Shown: positions 48,757 through 58,654 of the stretch, one piece after another | Layout: every line of letters starts with the position of its first letter | Position numbering within the stretch: the first letter of the stretch is position 1 | DNA from: Candidatus Bathyarchaeota archaeon | GTDB taxonomy: Archaea > Thermoproteota > Bathyarchaeia > Bathyarchaeales > Bathycorpusculaceae | Reading direction: 5' to 3' | Assembly: GCA_963832745.1 (NCBI GenBank) | Contig: CAWHVC010000003.1 | Span: forward strand, 512,001 to 576,000 | Length of the DNA: 64,000 bases | The notes under the pieces: model-generated | What the model was told of the DNA's origin: nothing | The model's input: the letters and a program-made list of their open reading frames with translations, nothing else | Databases searched by the model: none | Program-made: the position numbers and the translations under genes

Positions 48757-49728
48757 ATGGTAGCTATTGATAATCAAGAGGTTAACTGGACCGTAAACGG
48801 CATCCCAGTTTATGGAACAATAACTCGTCCAAAAGACAAAAACGTACGTGCCGCCATAGTTTTTGTGGCAGGCAGCGGTCCAACCGACCGTGACTGGTGC
48901 TCACCCCTTCTGCCGGGAAAAAACGGCAGCGCCAAACTGTTAGCTGAAACACTTGCAGAGAACGGTTTTATTACCCTGCGTTATGACAAGATTGCTTCTG
49001 GTCCACATGCCCAAGAAAATGTTCCTAAAATGATGGGTAAAATTAGCATGCAAAGTCATGTTAACGAACTTTCCGGGGCTGTTGAAACATTAGTTAAAGA
49101 AAGCGGCGTAGATAAAAACAACATTTTTGTGCTTACCAGCAGTGAAGGCGCTATTCATGCTTTAAATTATCAATTGCAAGCCAAAATTAAATTTAAAGGC
49201 TTGATTTTAACTGGGGCGCCAGGTAGGTCTATTGGTGAAGTAGTATACAACCAAATAGTCAATCAGCTATCACCTTTACCTAACAAGGAAGAAATCCTAC
49301 AACAGTATGAAGATGCAATAGCTTCCTTCTCAAAGGGCACCCCAATAAATCCAGACCCTAGCCTTCCTGTTGGCATTAAAAATCTGTTGCTCTCGCTTGA
49401 AACTCCAGTAAACTTGCCATTTAGTCGAGAACTGTGGAGTTATAACCCTTCAGAATACATTTCGAAAATACAAGAACCAATACTGGTCATCATAGGCAAA
49501 AAAGACATACAAGTAAACTGGCAGGCTGACGGCAAAGCACTCGAGAACGCCAAAAAAGAAGGCATTACCTTTGTTTATCCCGAAAATGCTGATCACATCT
49601 TAAAACATGAAGAAACACCCACTGAAAAACTTGGAGCAAACCTTGCAGTCAACTACAACATTGAAGGACGAAAGCTGGATGATGAAGCGGTTAATGCGAT
49701 TTTAGACTGGCTTTCAAGCCATTCTTAA
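48757..49728 (+). CDS. alpha/beta hydrolase
   Basis: AGSGPTDRD, LRYDK, TSSEG elbow, GKKDIQV, DH. Confidence 0.85.
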   Translation: MVAIDNQEVNWTVNGIPVYGTITRPKDKNVRAAIVFVAGSGPTDRDWCSPLLPGKNGSAKLLAETLAENGFITLRYDKIASGPHAQENVPKMMGKISMQSHVNELSGAVETLVKESGVDKNNIFVLTSSEGAIHALNYQLQAKIKFKGLILTGAPGRSIGEVVYNQIVNQLSPLPNKEEILQQYEDAIASFSKGTPINPDPSLPVGIKNLLLSLETPVNLPFSRELWSYNPSEYISKIQEPILVIIGKKDIQVNWQADGKALENAKKEGITFVYPENADHILKHEETPTEKLGANLAVNYNIEGRKLDDEAVNAILDWLSSHS

Positions 49729-49845
49729 TGCTAACCCTATTTTTTGTGTATACAGAGTTATTGTCTAATTATTTGTGTTAATCAAAAACTGCTGTTGGTT
49801 TGAGTCAGGTTTATTTAGTTCTGGGTTGTAGTTAGTGTCGGTTCT

Positions 49846-49924
49846 GGGCTCGTCGTCTAGTACGGATTATGACACCAGCCTGCGGAGCTGGAGGTCCTGG
49901 GTTCAAATCCCAGCGGGCCCGCCA
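49846..49924 (+). tRNA. tRNA-Arg (GCG), CCA encoded
   Basis: GGGCTCG/CGGGCCC acceptor, CCAGC-CTGCGGA-GCTGG anticodon arm, TTCAAAT T-loop. Confidence 0.93.
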
Positions 49925-49962
49925 TCAACATTCTAACTGCGCACTTCTCATCAGGCAACACC

Positions 49963-50601
49963 ATGAAAACCCCCAAACTAACCGATACATTACTCAACCA
50001 GTTCCAACGACCCACAGGCAAACCCGGCAAAACCATAGCTGCAAGAATGAACAAAGAACACGACCAACTAACCAACTGGGGGCTAAGCCACATAAAAATA
50101 GAGTCCGATTTTAAAGTTCTGGACATAGGCGTAGGGGGAGGTAGAACCGTTGGTAAACTGGCGAATCTAGCGTTTGAAGGTCAAGTTTTCGGCATAGACT
50201 ACTCGCGTGACATGGTTGACTTCTCCAAGATGCAGAATCAACGTTTGGTTGTTGAGGGCAAAATACAGTTTGTCCAAGGTTCAGTTGACGCTTTAAGTTT
50301 TTGTGACGGCTTTTTTGATTTGATTACCGCTGTTGAAACCCTCTATTTCTGGCCAAGCCTGCCCAAGGCTTTCTGTGAAATAAACCGTGTACTTAAGCCA
50401 GATGGAAAACTGTTACTTGTCAGCGAAATGATTAAAAATGGAAAATTTGAAGTTGAAAATGCTGAAATCATCGCTAAAACCCACGTCAAACTGCGTTCGC
50501 TTGATGAACTTCAGGGGTTGCTTGAGGCTGCGGGTTTTAATGTTGAGGTTTCAAGAAAGCCTAATTCACCTTGGAATGTTGTTGCCGCCCAGAAAAGGTA
50601 A
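49963..50601 (+). CDS. class I SAM-dependent methyltransferase
   Basis: VLDIGVGGG, GIDYS, FDLITAVETLYFW, RVLKPDG. Confidence 0.9.
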   Translation: MKTPKLTDTLLNQFQRPTGKPGKTIAARMNKEHDQLTNWGLSHIKIESDFKVLDIGVGGGRTVGKLANLAFEGQVFGIDYSRDMVDFSKMQNQRLVVEGKIQFVQGSVDALSFCDGFFDLITAVETLYFWPSLPKAFCEINRVLKPDGKLLLVSEMIKNGKFEVENAEIIAKTHVKLRSLDELQGLLEAAGFNVEVSRKPNSPWNVVAAQKR

Positions 50602-50608
50602 AGTGCGG

Positions 50609-53014
50609 TTAAATGGCTGTTTTGTTTTTTCTTTTTTGTTGCACTTTCTCATGTAACCATGCGAAGAGGTGGCCTATTAAAAGTGCGAACGCTGGAAAAG
50701 CCGGCAGGATGTACCAGTACAGTTTTGTCTGCGCAAATGTGAATAGCCCAAGCACTACAATTAACCAAACAACAAGCAACGTGTCAGGTTTTGACCGTTT
50801 AAACGCTGCGTAAGTGCTTAAACCGATGCCAAATGGTAAAGCTGCTATCCAAACGGGGTTTTCACGAGTAACCAAATACGTTAGGTAGTACAAGACGCCT
50901 CCGTCATGGCCTTCGATTGGGTTTGTTGCACGTACGACGCCACTGTACATGAAGTACCATTCGCTGAAAATTGGGCCAAACTGTAGCAACATGTAGATTA
51001 CCCATGGCATAAAAATCAGCAATGCAACACCGATAAACAATGCAAATCGTTTAGTGAATAGGAATCTTGGGCTCTTCTTAGTTATCAAGAAATAGATTAT
51101 AACAATCATAGGTAAAAGAAACGCTTGGATTTGCTTAGTCATTAAGGCTAAACCAAAAAATGCGCCCGCTAATGCTGCATACCAGTTTGCCCTTTTGCCC
51201 GACTCGCTTGTAAGAATAAAATATATGCCTGCGGTTATGAAGAAGACAAACATTATGTCTGTCATAGCGTGACTGGCAAAAATGAAAAACGTCACAAAAG
51301 TGCCCAGAATCATTGCGGCGGCAAAACCTGTTTTTTGGTTGTAAAGCATTTTCCCAAGATAATACACCATTATCATTGCTAAAAGGCCAAAGATTGGACT
51401 AATCAGTCTCGTGGAGAAATTGCTAAACCCAAACAGTTGATACGACAACGCCATAAGCCACATGTACAATGGCGGTTTGGCAATCCAAAAATTGGTGCTC
51501 CCAGACGTCCACGGGGTCAAGTAGTCTCCCGATTTATTCATGTGAAACGCCCACTGAGAATAGGTCTGCTCATCAGCAAGCCACAATGAACCGTTTCCTA
51601 GAAAAACAAAAAACGCCACTGAGAAGACTAAAATCGCCAATATTACGGTTGCGTCGGTGTGTTTTTTAATCCATGACTTACCGTTGTCCAGAAAAGCCGT
51701 TTGGTTGTGCTCTTTTTGGCGGTCCTTATGGATAACTAAAATAAACCCTGTGATAACAACAAGAATGATTGCGACCGCAATTGTATCAAAGGCAAATATG
51801 TTTTGGCTTAAGTTACTATCAACAGGGAAAGCTGGATTTTCAACTTGCATATTAGTTAAGGCAAAAGCGTAAATCATGTAATCATACGAGCACACATACA
51901 ACGTATTATTTGCAACCGTTGGAGAAGATTCAATTTGGTTGCCTGTTTCATAACTCCATTTCTTCTCGCCACTAAACGCGTTAAAACAGTAAATACTTTG
52001 GTCCTGAGAACCCACATACACGTTGCCGTCAGCGACTACTGGAGAAGAACTAATCCAGTAACTAGTCGGTGCCTGCCAAACTAGTTCGCCGTTGCCCGCG
52101 TCAAAGCAGTAGAGCCTATCGCTGAATGAGCCAACATAAATATTTCCATATGCAATGGCAGGTGAAGAATCCACTTGACCTTCAGTTTGGTACTGCCAAA
52201 TCGTTGTTCCATTTGTAGCGTTTAAACAGCAAACAAAACCGTCAACTGACCCAACATAAACCCTGCCATCATATACGCATGGCGAAGACTGCACGCTGCC
52301 AGTATGCGTCTGCCATAGCTCAGAACCGTCTGAAGCGTTCACCGCATGCGTGTTATAGTCGTCACAACCAAAATACACTACGCCTCCATAAACAGCCGGT
52401 GAAGAATTAACCCGCAAATCTGTCGGCGAAACCCAAACGGCTTTTCCATTTGTAGCGTTTAAACAGTAAAGTCCGCTGCTTCCCGAACCAATAAAGATTT
52501 TGCCATCCACAAGCGTTGGCGAGGACCTAACTGAGCCTTCTCCAATCTGCATCTTCCAAACATTTTCTCCATTTGTAGCCTTCAAAGCGTAAACACAGCC
52601 ATCATCAACCCCAACATAGACAAGTTCCTTGTCAATGGCAGGTGAAGACCAAACTTCCCAACCAAAAGCCCGTCGCCAAACGGGCATGCCAGTTGAAATG
52701 TTAATGCAGTAAACTTGGCTGTCGCGGGAACCAACAAAAAGCCTGCCGTCAGCTACTGCTGGCGAGGATTGGATACCGCGGTTTGTGGGGTACCTCCAAA
52801 GTAGCAAGGCAGAGCTTGGCGATTCATTGTCACTTGGAAAAGCACTATGGCTTGGGTCATTGCGGAACATCGGCCATTTGTTGTTTGTGTTCTCATTGGC
52901 TGGTTGGGCTGACACTAAAAATGTGGATTGAACCAGCAAAACAAGCAAAATTAATGAAATTGTTAGTAGTGCCTGTTTAGGTTTGCCCATTGCCATCATT
53001 ATAGGCAAAAACAT
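50609..53014 (-). CDS. fusion of an eight-bladed PQQ/BamB-like beta-propeller and an ArnT/PMT-like GT-C glycosyltransferase
   Basis: Signal peptide, WPMFR, eight ~40-aa SSP repeats; then DEQTY, KPPLY, R..S, D..F, LMTK, KLYWYILP. True start may be the ATG at ~52990. Confidence 0.85.
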   Translation of the reverse strand: MFLPIMMAMGKPKQALLTISLILLVLLVQSTFLVSAQPANENTNNKWPMFRNDPSHSAFPSDNESPSSALLLWRYPTNRGIQSSPAVADGRLFVGSRDSQVYCINISTGMPVWRRAFGWEVWSSPAIDKELVYVGVDDGCVYALKATNGENVWKMQIGEGSVRSSPTLVDGKIFIGSGSSGLYCLNATNGKAVWVSPTDLRVNSSPAVYGGVVYFGCDDYNTHAVNASDGSELWQTHTGSVQSSPCVYDGRVYVGSVDGFVCCLNATNGTTIWQYQTEGQVDSSPAIAYGNIYVGSFSDRLYCFDAGNGELVWQAPTSYWISSSPVVADGNVYVGSQDQSIYCFNAFSGEKKWSYETGNQIESSPTVANNTLYVCSYDYMIYAFALTNMQVENPAFPVDSNLSQNIFAFDTIAVAIILVVITGFILVIHKDRQKEHNQTAFLDNGKSWIKKHTDATVILAILVFSVAFFVFLGNGSLWLADEQTYSQWAFHMNKSGDYLTPWTSGSTNFWIAKPPLYMWLMALSYQLFGFSNFSTRLISPIFGLLAMIMVYYLGKMLYNQKTGFAAAMILGTFVTFFIFASHAMTDIMFVFFITAGIYFILTSESGKRANWYAALAGAFFGLALMTKQIQAFLLPMIVIIYFLITKKSPRFLFTKRFALFIGVALLIFMPWVIYMLLQFGPIFSEWYFMYSGVVRATNPIEGHDGGVLYYLTYLVTRENPVWIAALPFGIGLSTYAAFKRSKPDTLLVVWLIVVLGLFTFAQTKLYWYILPAFPAFALLIGHLFAWLHEKVQQKRKNKTAI

Positions 53015-53050
53015 GTATTGTGTAACATATAAAACCTACCAAACTAAGCA

Positions 53051-53120
53051 GCCACCAGCCTATTTGGAATCTATTAGGAGCCTATTAGTGGTTGTATGTA
53101 GAAACCTAAGGAGGGTAGTG
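53051..53120 (+). repeat. dispersed element, copy C (one extra 11-bp unit)
   Basis: CCTATTTGGAA-TCTATTAGGAG-CCTATTAGTGG...GAAACCTAAGGAGGGTAG. Confidence 0.7.
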
Positions 53121-53184
53121 CTAATGGTTGAAAGTCAAGTCATTAGTATGTTGAAAAATAGGAAGGGCCCAGCTAACTGCTGGT

Positions 53185-53517
53185 TTACTTTAGTTTGTTA
53201 AAGAAGCAACTGTATTCGCCAGTGTGGCACGCATTATCTTTCTGCTCAACCACATACAGCAATGTGTCATAGTCACAGTCAGTTGAAACAGACACAATCT
53301 TTTGAGTGTGCCCACTGGTTTCGCCTTTAACCCAAATCTCGTTACGAGAACGGCTCCAGTAAGTGGCTTTGCCCGTTTTCAGGGTTAAGTCGAGCGCTTC
53401 CTTGTTGGCGTATGCGAGCATCAAAACAGTTTTTGTGGTTACGTCTTGAACTACGACTGGGATTAAACCGTTGCCTTTAGCGAAGTCAAGCTTTGATAGT
53501 AATTCTTCAGGTGTCAT
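53185..53517 (-). CDS. hisI: phosphoribosyl-AMP cyclohydrolase
   Basis: YWSRSR..W.KGETSG, DCDYD, ACHTG..SCF; no HisE domain. Confidence 0.96.
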   Translation of the reverse strand: MTPEELLSKLDFAKGNGLIPVVVQDVTTKTVLMLAYANKEALDLTLKTGKATYWSRSRNEIWVKGETSGHTQKIVSVSTDCDYDTLLYVVEQKDNACHTGEYSCFFNKLK

Positions 53518-54317
53518 TGTCTTATTGTCACCCCCGCCTTACGCAAATAATCCTTCAGCATTGGAACAGGATACTTGTTATAATGAAATACTGAAGCAGC
53601 TAACGCCGCATCCGCCTTGCCCAAAGTGAAGACATCAACAAAATGTTGAGGTACACCTGCGCCTCCGCTTGCAATGACGGGGACGTGGACTCGTTCAGAA
53701 ATGGCTCGTGTTAATTCGATGTCAAAACCGCTTTCTGTGCCGTCCTTATCCATTGATGTTACAAGGAATTCGCCTGCCCCCAACCGTTCAGCTTGAAGTG
53801 CCCATGCGACTGCGTCTATACCTGTGGGTTTTCTGCCGCCATAAGTGTTAACTTCAAACCACACTGGGCCCTCACTTGTCTGCACTGTGATTTTGCCTTC
53901 CGTTGGGGTGCGGTTGCGTTTAGCGTCGATTGCAACTACTACGCATTGCTGACCAAAAACGTTCGCTAACTCTGTAAGCACTTTCGGGTTCTCAATGGCT
54001 GCAGTGTTAACTGAAACCTTGTCAGCTCCACTGCAGAGAACGTTTCTTGCGTCTGCAACATTACGGATTCCGCCACCGACAGTGAAGGGAATGCTGATTG
54101 CTCTAGCAACGCCTTCAACGTACTGCCGCATAATATCCCGTTTCTCGTTGGAAGCGGTGATGTCGAGAAAGACAAGCTCGTCTGCGCCTTCGTCGCTGTA
54201 GCGTTTTGCCATTTCTACTGGGTCGCCTGCATGTTTTAGCTGCAAGAAGTTGATGCCTTTAACTACTTTTCCGTGGTCAACATCAAGACAGGGGACGATA
54301 CGTTTTGCTAGCGGCAT
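53514..54317 (-). CDS. hisF: imidazole glycerol phosphate synthase, cyclase subunit
   Basis: [44 protein letters not shown]. Confidence 0.97.
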   Translation of the reverse strand: MPLAKRIVPCLDVDHGKVVKGINFLQLKHAGDPVEMAKRYSDEGADELVFLDITASNEKRDIMRQYVEGVARAISIPFTVGGGIRNVADARNVLCSGADKVSVNTAAIENPKVLTELANVFGQQCVVVAIDAKRNRTPTEGKITVQTSEGPVWFEVNTYGGRKPTGIDAVAWALQAERLGAGEFLVTSMDKDGTESGFDIELTRAISERVHVPVIASGGAGVPQHFVDVFTLGKADAALAASVFHYNKYPVPMLKDYLRKAGVTIRQ

Positions 54318-54319
54318 TT

Positions 54320-55042
54320 TTAGGCTCCTATTTTCTGTATGGCTTCTTTTAGTGTAAAACGACCTTCATAAAGAGCTTTGCCAATCACTGCTCCTTCGAC
54401 GCCGATTTTTTTAAGATTTGCAAGGTCTTCGATGCTGCCTATTCCGCCTGCCGCCAAAATTTTTGCGCCTGAACACTTTACTGCTTCTTCTAAGGTTTCA
54501 AGGTCTGGACCACTAAGTAAGCCGTCGTGGGTAATTGAAGTGATTAGGAATCTTTGAGTACCCAGTTCAATGAATTTTTCAAGTGCATCTTGAAGAGTCA
54601 TGTCTGTTGCTGTTCGCCAACCGTCAATCATAACCCATCCGTTCTTGTTATCAAGGGCAACTACAACTGATTCTTTACCGAACTTGTCCTGCAGGCGGGT
54701 GATTACTGAGAAATCTCTAAAGGCTAATGAGCCAAGCATAACCTGTGTGATGCCTGTGTTGAAGAGTTTCTCTGCGATTTCGAAGCTACGGATTCCTCCG
54801 CCAACTTGAATGGGCAGATTAATGTTTTTGGCGATTTCAGTGATGACTGGGTGATTGTTGCCCTTGCCAAAAGCGGCGTCAAGGTCGATAATGTGGAGTT
54901 TGCCTGCACCTTCTTCAACCCACCGTTTTGCGGTCTCTACTGGTCCGCCATATTGTTCATAAATTTTGGCGGTTTTAGCTTCTCCTTGTGTTAAACGGAC
55001 GATTTTGCTGTTCATTAAATCTATTGCTGGAATTAACTGCAT
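54320..55042 (-). CDS. hisA: ProFAR isomerase
   Basis: LIPAIDL, LHIIDL, QVGGGIR, DGLLSG, GKALY. Confidence 0.96.
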   Translation of the reverse strand: MQLIPAIDLMNSKIVRLTQGEAKTAKIYEQYGGPVETAKRWVEEGAGKLHIIDLDAAFGKGNNHPVITEIAKNINLPIQVGGGIRSFEIAEKLFNTGITQVMLGSLAFRDFSVITRLQDKFGKESVVVALDNKNGWVMIDGWRTATDMTLQDALEKFIELGTQRFLITSITHDGLLSGPDLETLEEAVKCSGAKILAAGGIGSIEDLANLKKIGVEGAVIGKALYEGRFTLKEAIQKIGA

Positions 55043-55047
55043 ACTGG

Positions 55048-55653
55048 TTACCTCGTTACTATTTTGGCGAAGTTACGTAGAATCTGCAAGCCCACATCGC
55101 CTGATTTTTCTGGGTGAAACTGGGTGCCATACACGTTCTTACCTGTAACTGCTGAGGCGAAGGTTGTGCCGTACGTGGTTTTAGTGCACACTATGCTCTC
55201 GTCAGTTGGTACGGGATACAATGAGTGCACGAAATACACGTATGTATCCTCTTTTATGCCGTCAAAAAGCTCGCAGGGTTTTGTGATGTTAATTGTGTTC
55301 CATCCCATATGTGGAATCTTCAAATCACCCTGGAGACGTACAATTTTGCCTTTAAAGAAACCCAAACCTGCTCCCGGACCTTCTTCGCTTGCTTCAAAGA
55401 ACAGTTGAAGCCCAAGGCAGATGCCCAGTAACGGAGTGCCTTCTGAGACCTTGCGTTGAATGACTTCTTTGACGCATTCAAGTTTTTCTGCTGCAGGCGT
55501 GAAACTGCCTACCCCGGGCAGCGCGATGGCGTCAGCTTTCGATAATTCCTGCTCAGTTGTTCCGATAGAAACGTCTAAACCCGCTTTTTCCAAAGCACAT
55601 TTGAGGCTTAACAGGTTGCCTACGCCGTAGTCAAAGATTACTGCTTTTGCCAT
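55048..55653 (-). CDS. hisH: imidazole glycerol phosphate synthase, glutaminase subunit
   Basis: DYGVGN, LPGVG, GICLG, PHMGWN, YFVHS, QFHPEKS. Confidence 0.97.
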   Translation of the reverse strand: MAKAVIFDYGVGNLLSLKCALEKAGLDVSIGTTEQELSKADAIALPGVGSFTPAAEKLECVKEVIQRKVSEGTPLLGICLGLQLFFEASEEGPGAGLGFFKGKIVRLQGDLKIPHMGWNTINITKPCELFDGIKEDTYVYFVHSLYPVPTDESIVCTKTTYGTTFASAVTGKNVYGTQFHPEKSGDVGLQILRNFAKIVTR

Positions 55654-55655
55654 CT

Positions 55656-56231
55656 TTAGATTACTCCTTTTGAGCTTGGAACACCTTTGCGTCTTGGATC
55701 AACTGTGACTGCTTGACGCAGGGATAGAGCGAGGGCTTTGGTTGCGGCTTCTGCTTTGTGGTGATCATTGCTGCCGTACATTACAAATATGTGCACGTTA
55801 GCTTGCAGGGAGTTGGTTAGGGATTCGTAGAAGTGGTTGATGTCTTCAGTTTGCATTTCTTCGATTTTTCTTCCTTTGAATTTTAGGTCAATCTTGAAGT
55901 ATGGACGCTTAACCAAGTCCACGGCTGCTAAAGCCAGTGAACAGTCCATTGGTGCGGTGGCGTTGCCGAAGCGTGTAATGCCCACACGGGTACCGAGCGC
56001 TTTGTTTAGGGCTTCGCCTAAGCCGATGGCTAAGTCCTCTACACAGTGGTGAACCAAGTCGCCTTTGACGCTGGCTTCAATGTCGATTAAACTGTGTGTG
56101 GCAAGGCTGGTTAGCATGTGGTCAAGAAACGGCACGCCTGAATCGATGGTTGCTTTGCCTTCGCCGTCAAGGTCTACTTTTGCTTTTACTTCGGTTTCTT
56201 TGGTTTTACGGTAAACTTCTTCAACCCGCAC
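55656..56231 (-). CDS. hisB: imidazoleglycerol-phosphate dehydratase
   Basis: RKTKET, FLDHML, HHCVED, NDHHKAE, SSKG. Confidence 0.97.
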   Translation of the reverse strand: MRVEEVYRKTKETEVKAKVDLDGEGKATIDSGVPFLDHMLTSLATHSLIDIEASVKGDLVHHCVEDLAIGLGEALNKALGTRVGITRFGNATAPMDCSLALAAVDLVKRPYFKIDLKFKGRKIEEMQTEDINHFYESLTNSLQANVHIFVMYGSNDHHKAEAATKALALSLRQAVTVDPRRKGVPSSKGVI

Positions 56232-56233
56232 TT

Positions 56234-57352
56234 TTATTCCTCGCTTATTTGTTTTAATGTCTCGATTAGTTTAGCATTCATTTCGGGCAAGCCCACGGTT
56301 ACGCGGAAACAGTTATCATACTGCAGTAGTTTGCCCCATTTCTTTAGCATAACGCCGCGTCTTAGCAGTTCTTCATACACTTTATCAACTGATTTTTTAG
56401 TGTTCATGAGTACGAAGTCTGCTTGTGAATCAAACGCCTCTACGCCTTCTATTTGGTTTAGTGCCTTTATGAGTTTTCCCCGCTCCGCTTTCAACGCCGA
56501 GACGGCTGTTTGCATGATGTCCATGTTTTCCAGCATTTTGATGCCCATGCGGATGGTGAAGCCGCTTACTGGGTAGGGCAAGGGGGCTTTTTCAGTTAAG
56601 ATTTTGGCAAGTTCCGGATTAGCAACTGCATAACCTAAACGTAGCATAGCAAGGCCGAAGGCTTTGGAGAATGTGCGAAGGATTATCATGTTTGGGAATT
56701 CTTGGATACGTGGTACAAACGAGTAATCGGCAAATTCGTCGTATGCTTCGTCAACGATGACTATTCCTGGGAATGCTTTGGCGAGTGTTTCGATGTCTTC
56801 GGGCTTCATTTGGTTGCTTGTTGGATTGTTGGGTGAACATAGGTAGAGTAGGCGGGTTTTTTCTGAGAATAATTTGAGCATGGCTGGCACGTCAAGCTGA
56901 AAATCGTTCTTTAATGGCACAGTGACGTATTCGCCTTCCTGCCGTTTCACGCACAACCGTGGAATAGCAAAGGATGGCGTGAATGAGACTGCAACGTCTC
57001 CTTTTTCGACAAAGAGGCGTATCATGCGGTCCAACAGTTCGTCTCCTGCGTTGCCAATGATTATGTAATCTTCGGGGACGTCCATGTATTCTGCCACTTT
57101 CTTTACCAATTTCGGGACTTCATCCTCGGGGTACATGCGTAAGTCAATTTCGTCGGCAACCTGCTTAATCAGCGGCGTTTGGCGGCTGCGGTTAACAAAA
57201 AGGTTTTCGTTAAAGTTGAGTTTTACAATTTTTGATGTGTCAACGCCCAACTGCTTCGCTAAATCTTCCGGTGTAACACCTGCCGAATAGCAGTCAATAG
57301 CTTGGAGTTTCACTTTTTTTTGTTCTATCCATTTGCGGTAGGATTCGCTCAT
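56234..57352 (-). CDS. hisC: histidinol-phosphate aminotransferase
   Basis: NENL, YP, SPNNPT, DEAY, RTFSKAFGLA.LRLG. Confidence 0.95.
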   Translation of the reverse strand: MSESYRKWIEQKKVKLQAIDCYSAGVTPEDLAKQLGVDTSKIVKLNFNENLFVNRSRQTPLIKQVADEIDLRMYPEDEVPKLVKKVAEYMDVPEDYIIIGNAGDELLDRMIRLFVEKGDVAVSFTPSFAIPRLCVKRQEGEYVTVPLKNDFQLDVPAMLKLFSEKTRLLYLCSPNNPTSNQMKPEDIETLAKAFPGIVIVDEAYDEFADYSFVPRIQEFPNMIILRTFSKAFGLAMLRLGYAVANPELAKILTEKAPLPYPVSGFTIRMGIKMLENMDIMQTAVSALKAERGKLIKALNQIEGVEAFDSQADFVLMNTKKSVDKVYEELLRRGVMLKKWGKLLQYDNCFRVTVGLPEMNAKLIETLKQISEE

Positions 57353-58654
57353 TTTTCGAACCTCGCGTTTATTGCTTTGTAGTGATTTGGCAGGTTTTCG
57401 GCGTCGGTTATTACTTTGACGCTGTCTCTTACTCTTTCTAAGCCTGTTCGGGTGCTTTCTATGATGCTTACTCGACGCATAAAGTCATAGGCGGATAGGG
57501 CAGAGAAGGATTGGGCAAACGCGCCTGTAGGTAACACATGGTTGGTTCCGCTGGCGTAGTCGCTTAACGGCACTGGAGTGTAAGGTCCAATTAGGATTAA
57601 ACCTGCGACAAGGTTTTGTGCTAACTCTTTAGCGTTGACAGTTAGGACTTCTAAGTGCTCAGCAGCAAACTGGTTAGCTAAACAGACCATTTCTTCAACT
57701 TTGCTGCAGACTATTATGAAGCCATATTTTGCCTAGTGATTCCGAAATTTTTTCGACTCTTTGAGTGGATGCGGAAATCTTTGCAAGGTTTTCTTGTACT
57801 TGTAACGCGACTTTTTCAGATGTTGTTATGAGTCCAGCTACGCTGTCACCGCCGTGTTCAGCCTGCGAAATCATGTCATAAGCAATCAATCTTGCATCTG
57901 CCGACTCATCAGCTAAAACCAAGACTTCACTTGGGCCTGCCGGCATGTCAATTGCGACGTCGGTTGAAACCAAAACTTTCGCTGTAGTCACGTATTTACT
58001 TCCTGGTCCAACAATTTTGCGTACAGGCTTTATGGTTCTAGTTCCGTACGTTAATGCTGCTATGGCTTGAGCTCCACCTACCTTGTATACTTCATCAACA
58101 CCGCAAATGTCAGCGGCAACAAGAACCAGTGGGTTAACTTTGCCACGGGCATCTGAAGGTGAAACTACAACGATTCTGGGGACCCCCGCGATTTTAGCTG
58201 GCACAGCAGTCATGACAAGGGTGCTTGGATAAGCCGCCTGACCACCGGGGACATAGCAACCCACACTTTCCAGGGGACGTAGAACAGTTTGAATCATTAT
58301 GCCATCACTGTTCTGTTTTACTTCAGTCTGGGTTAACAGTGTTTTTTGGTAATTGCTGATTCTTTCTTTCATGAATTTGAGTGCTGAGATTTGGTCGAGG
58401 CTGGTTTGAGTGTAGGCTTCTTTGAATTCTCCTGGTCTAACCCGCAGGGTTTTAGAGGTGAGTTCGGCTTTGTCAAACTTTAACGCGAACTCTATTAACG
58501 CCTTATCACCCTCTGCTTTAACCTGGCTGATTATTGCCCGAACGCTTTCTTCAAGTTCAACGGTGGCTTTTTGGTCTGCTTGTTGCCGTTTAAACCAGTC
58601 AGAAGGCAACGTTTGGGTTGTCCACTGTTTGACTATTCCGGTTTGCATTTGCAT
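57349..58654 (-). pseudogene. hisD: histidinol dehydrogenase interrupted by a single-base frameshift (real or assembly error)
   Basis: N-part 57695-58654 (YVPGG, GGAQAIAA, IDMPAGPSE, SQAEH) and C-part 57349-57690 (AAEHL, DYASGTNHVLPT, H). Removing one base in CTAGGCAAAATAT (~57725-57736, minus) joins them via ...SL-x-KYGFIIVCSKVEEMVCL. Confidence 0.9.

Noticed and set aside
49857-50126. ORFs overlapping tRNA-Arg
   Set aside because: Translation of tRNA sequence (GPLGFEPRTS) is a typical artefact
51860-52800. ~120-bp periodic DNA similarity
   Set aside because: Explained by the eight propeller blades of the encoded protein
57695-57697. TGA in hisD as selenocysteine or readthrough
   Set aside because: The downstream homology is in a different frame, so it is a frameshift rather than an in-frame stop
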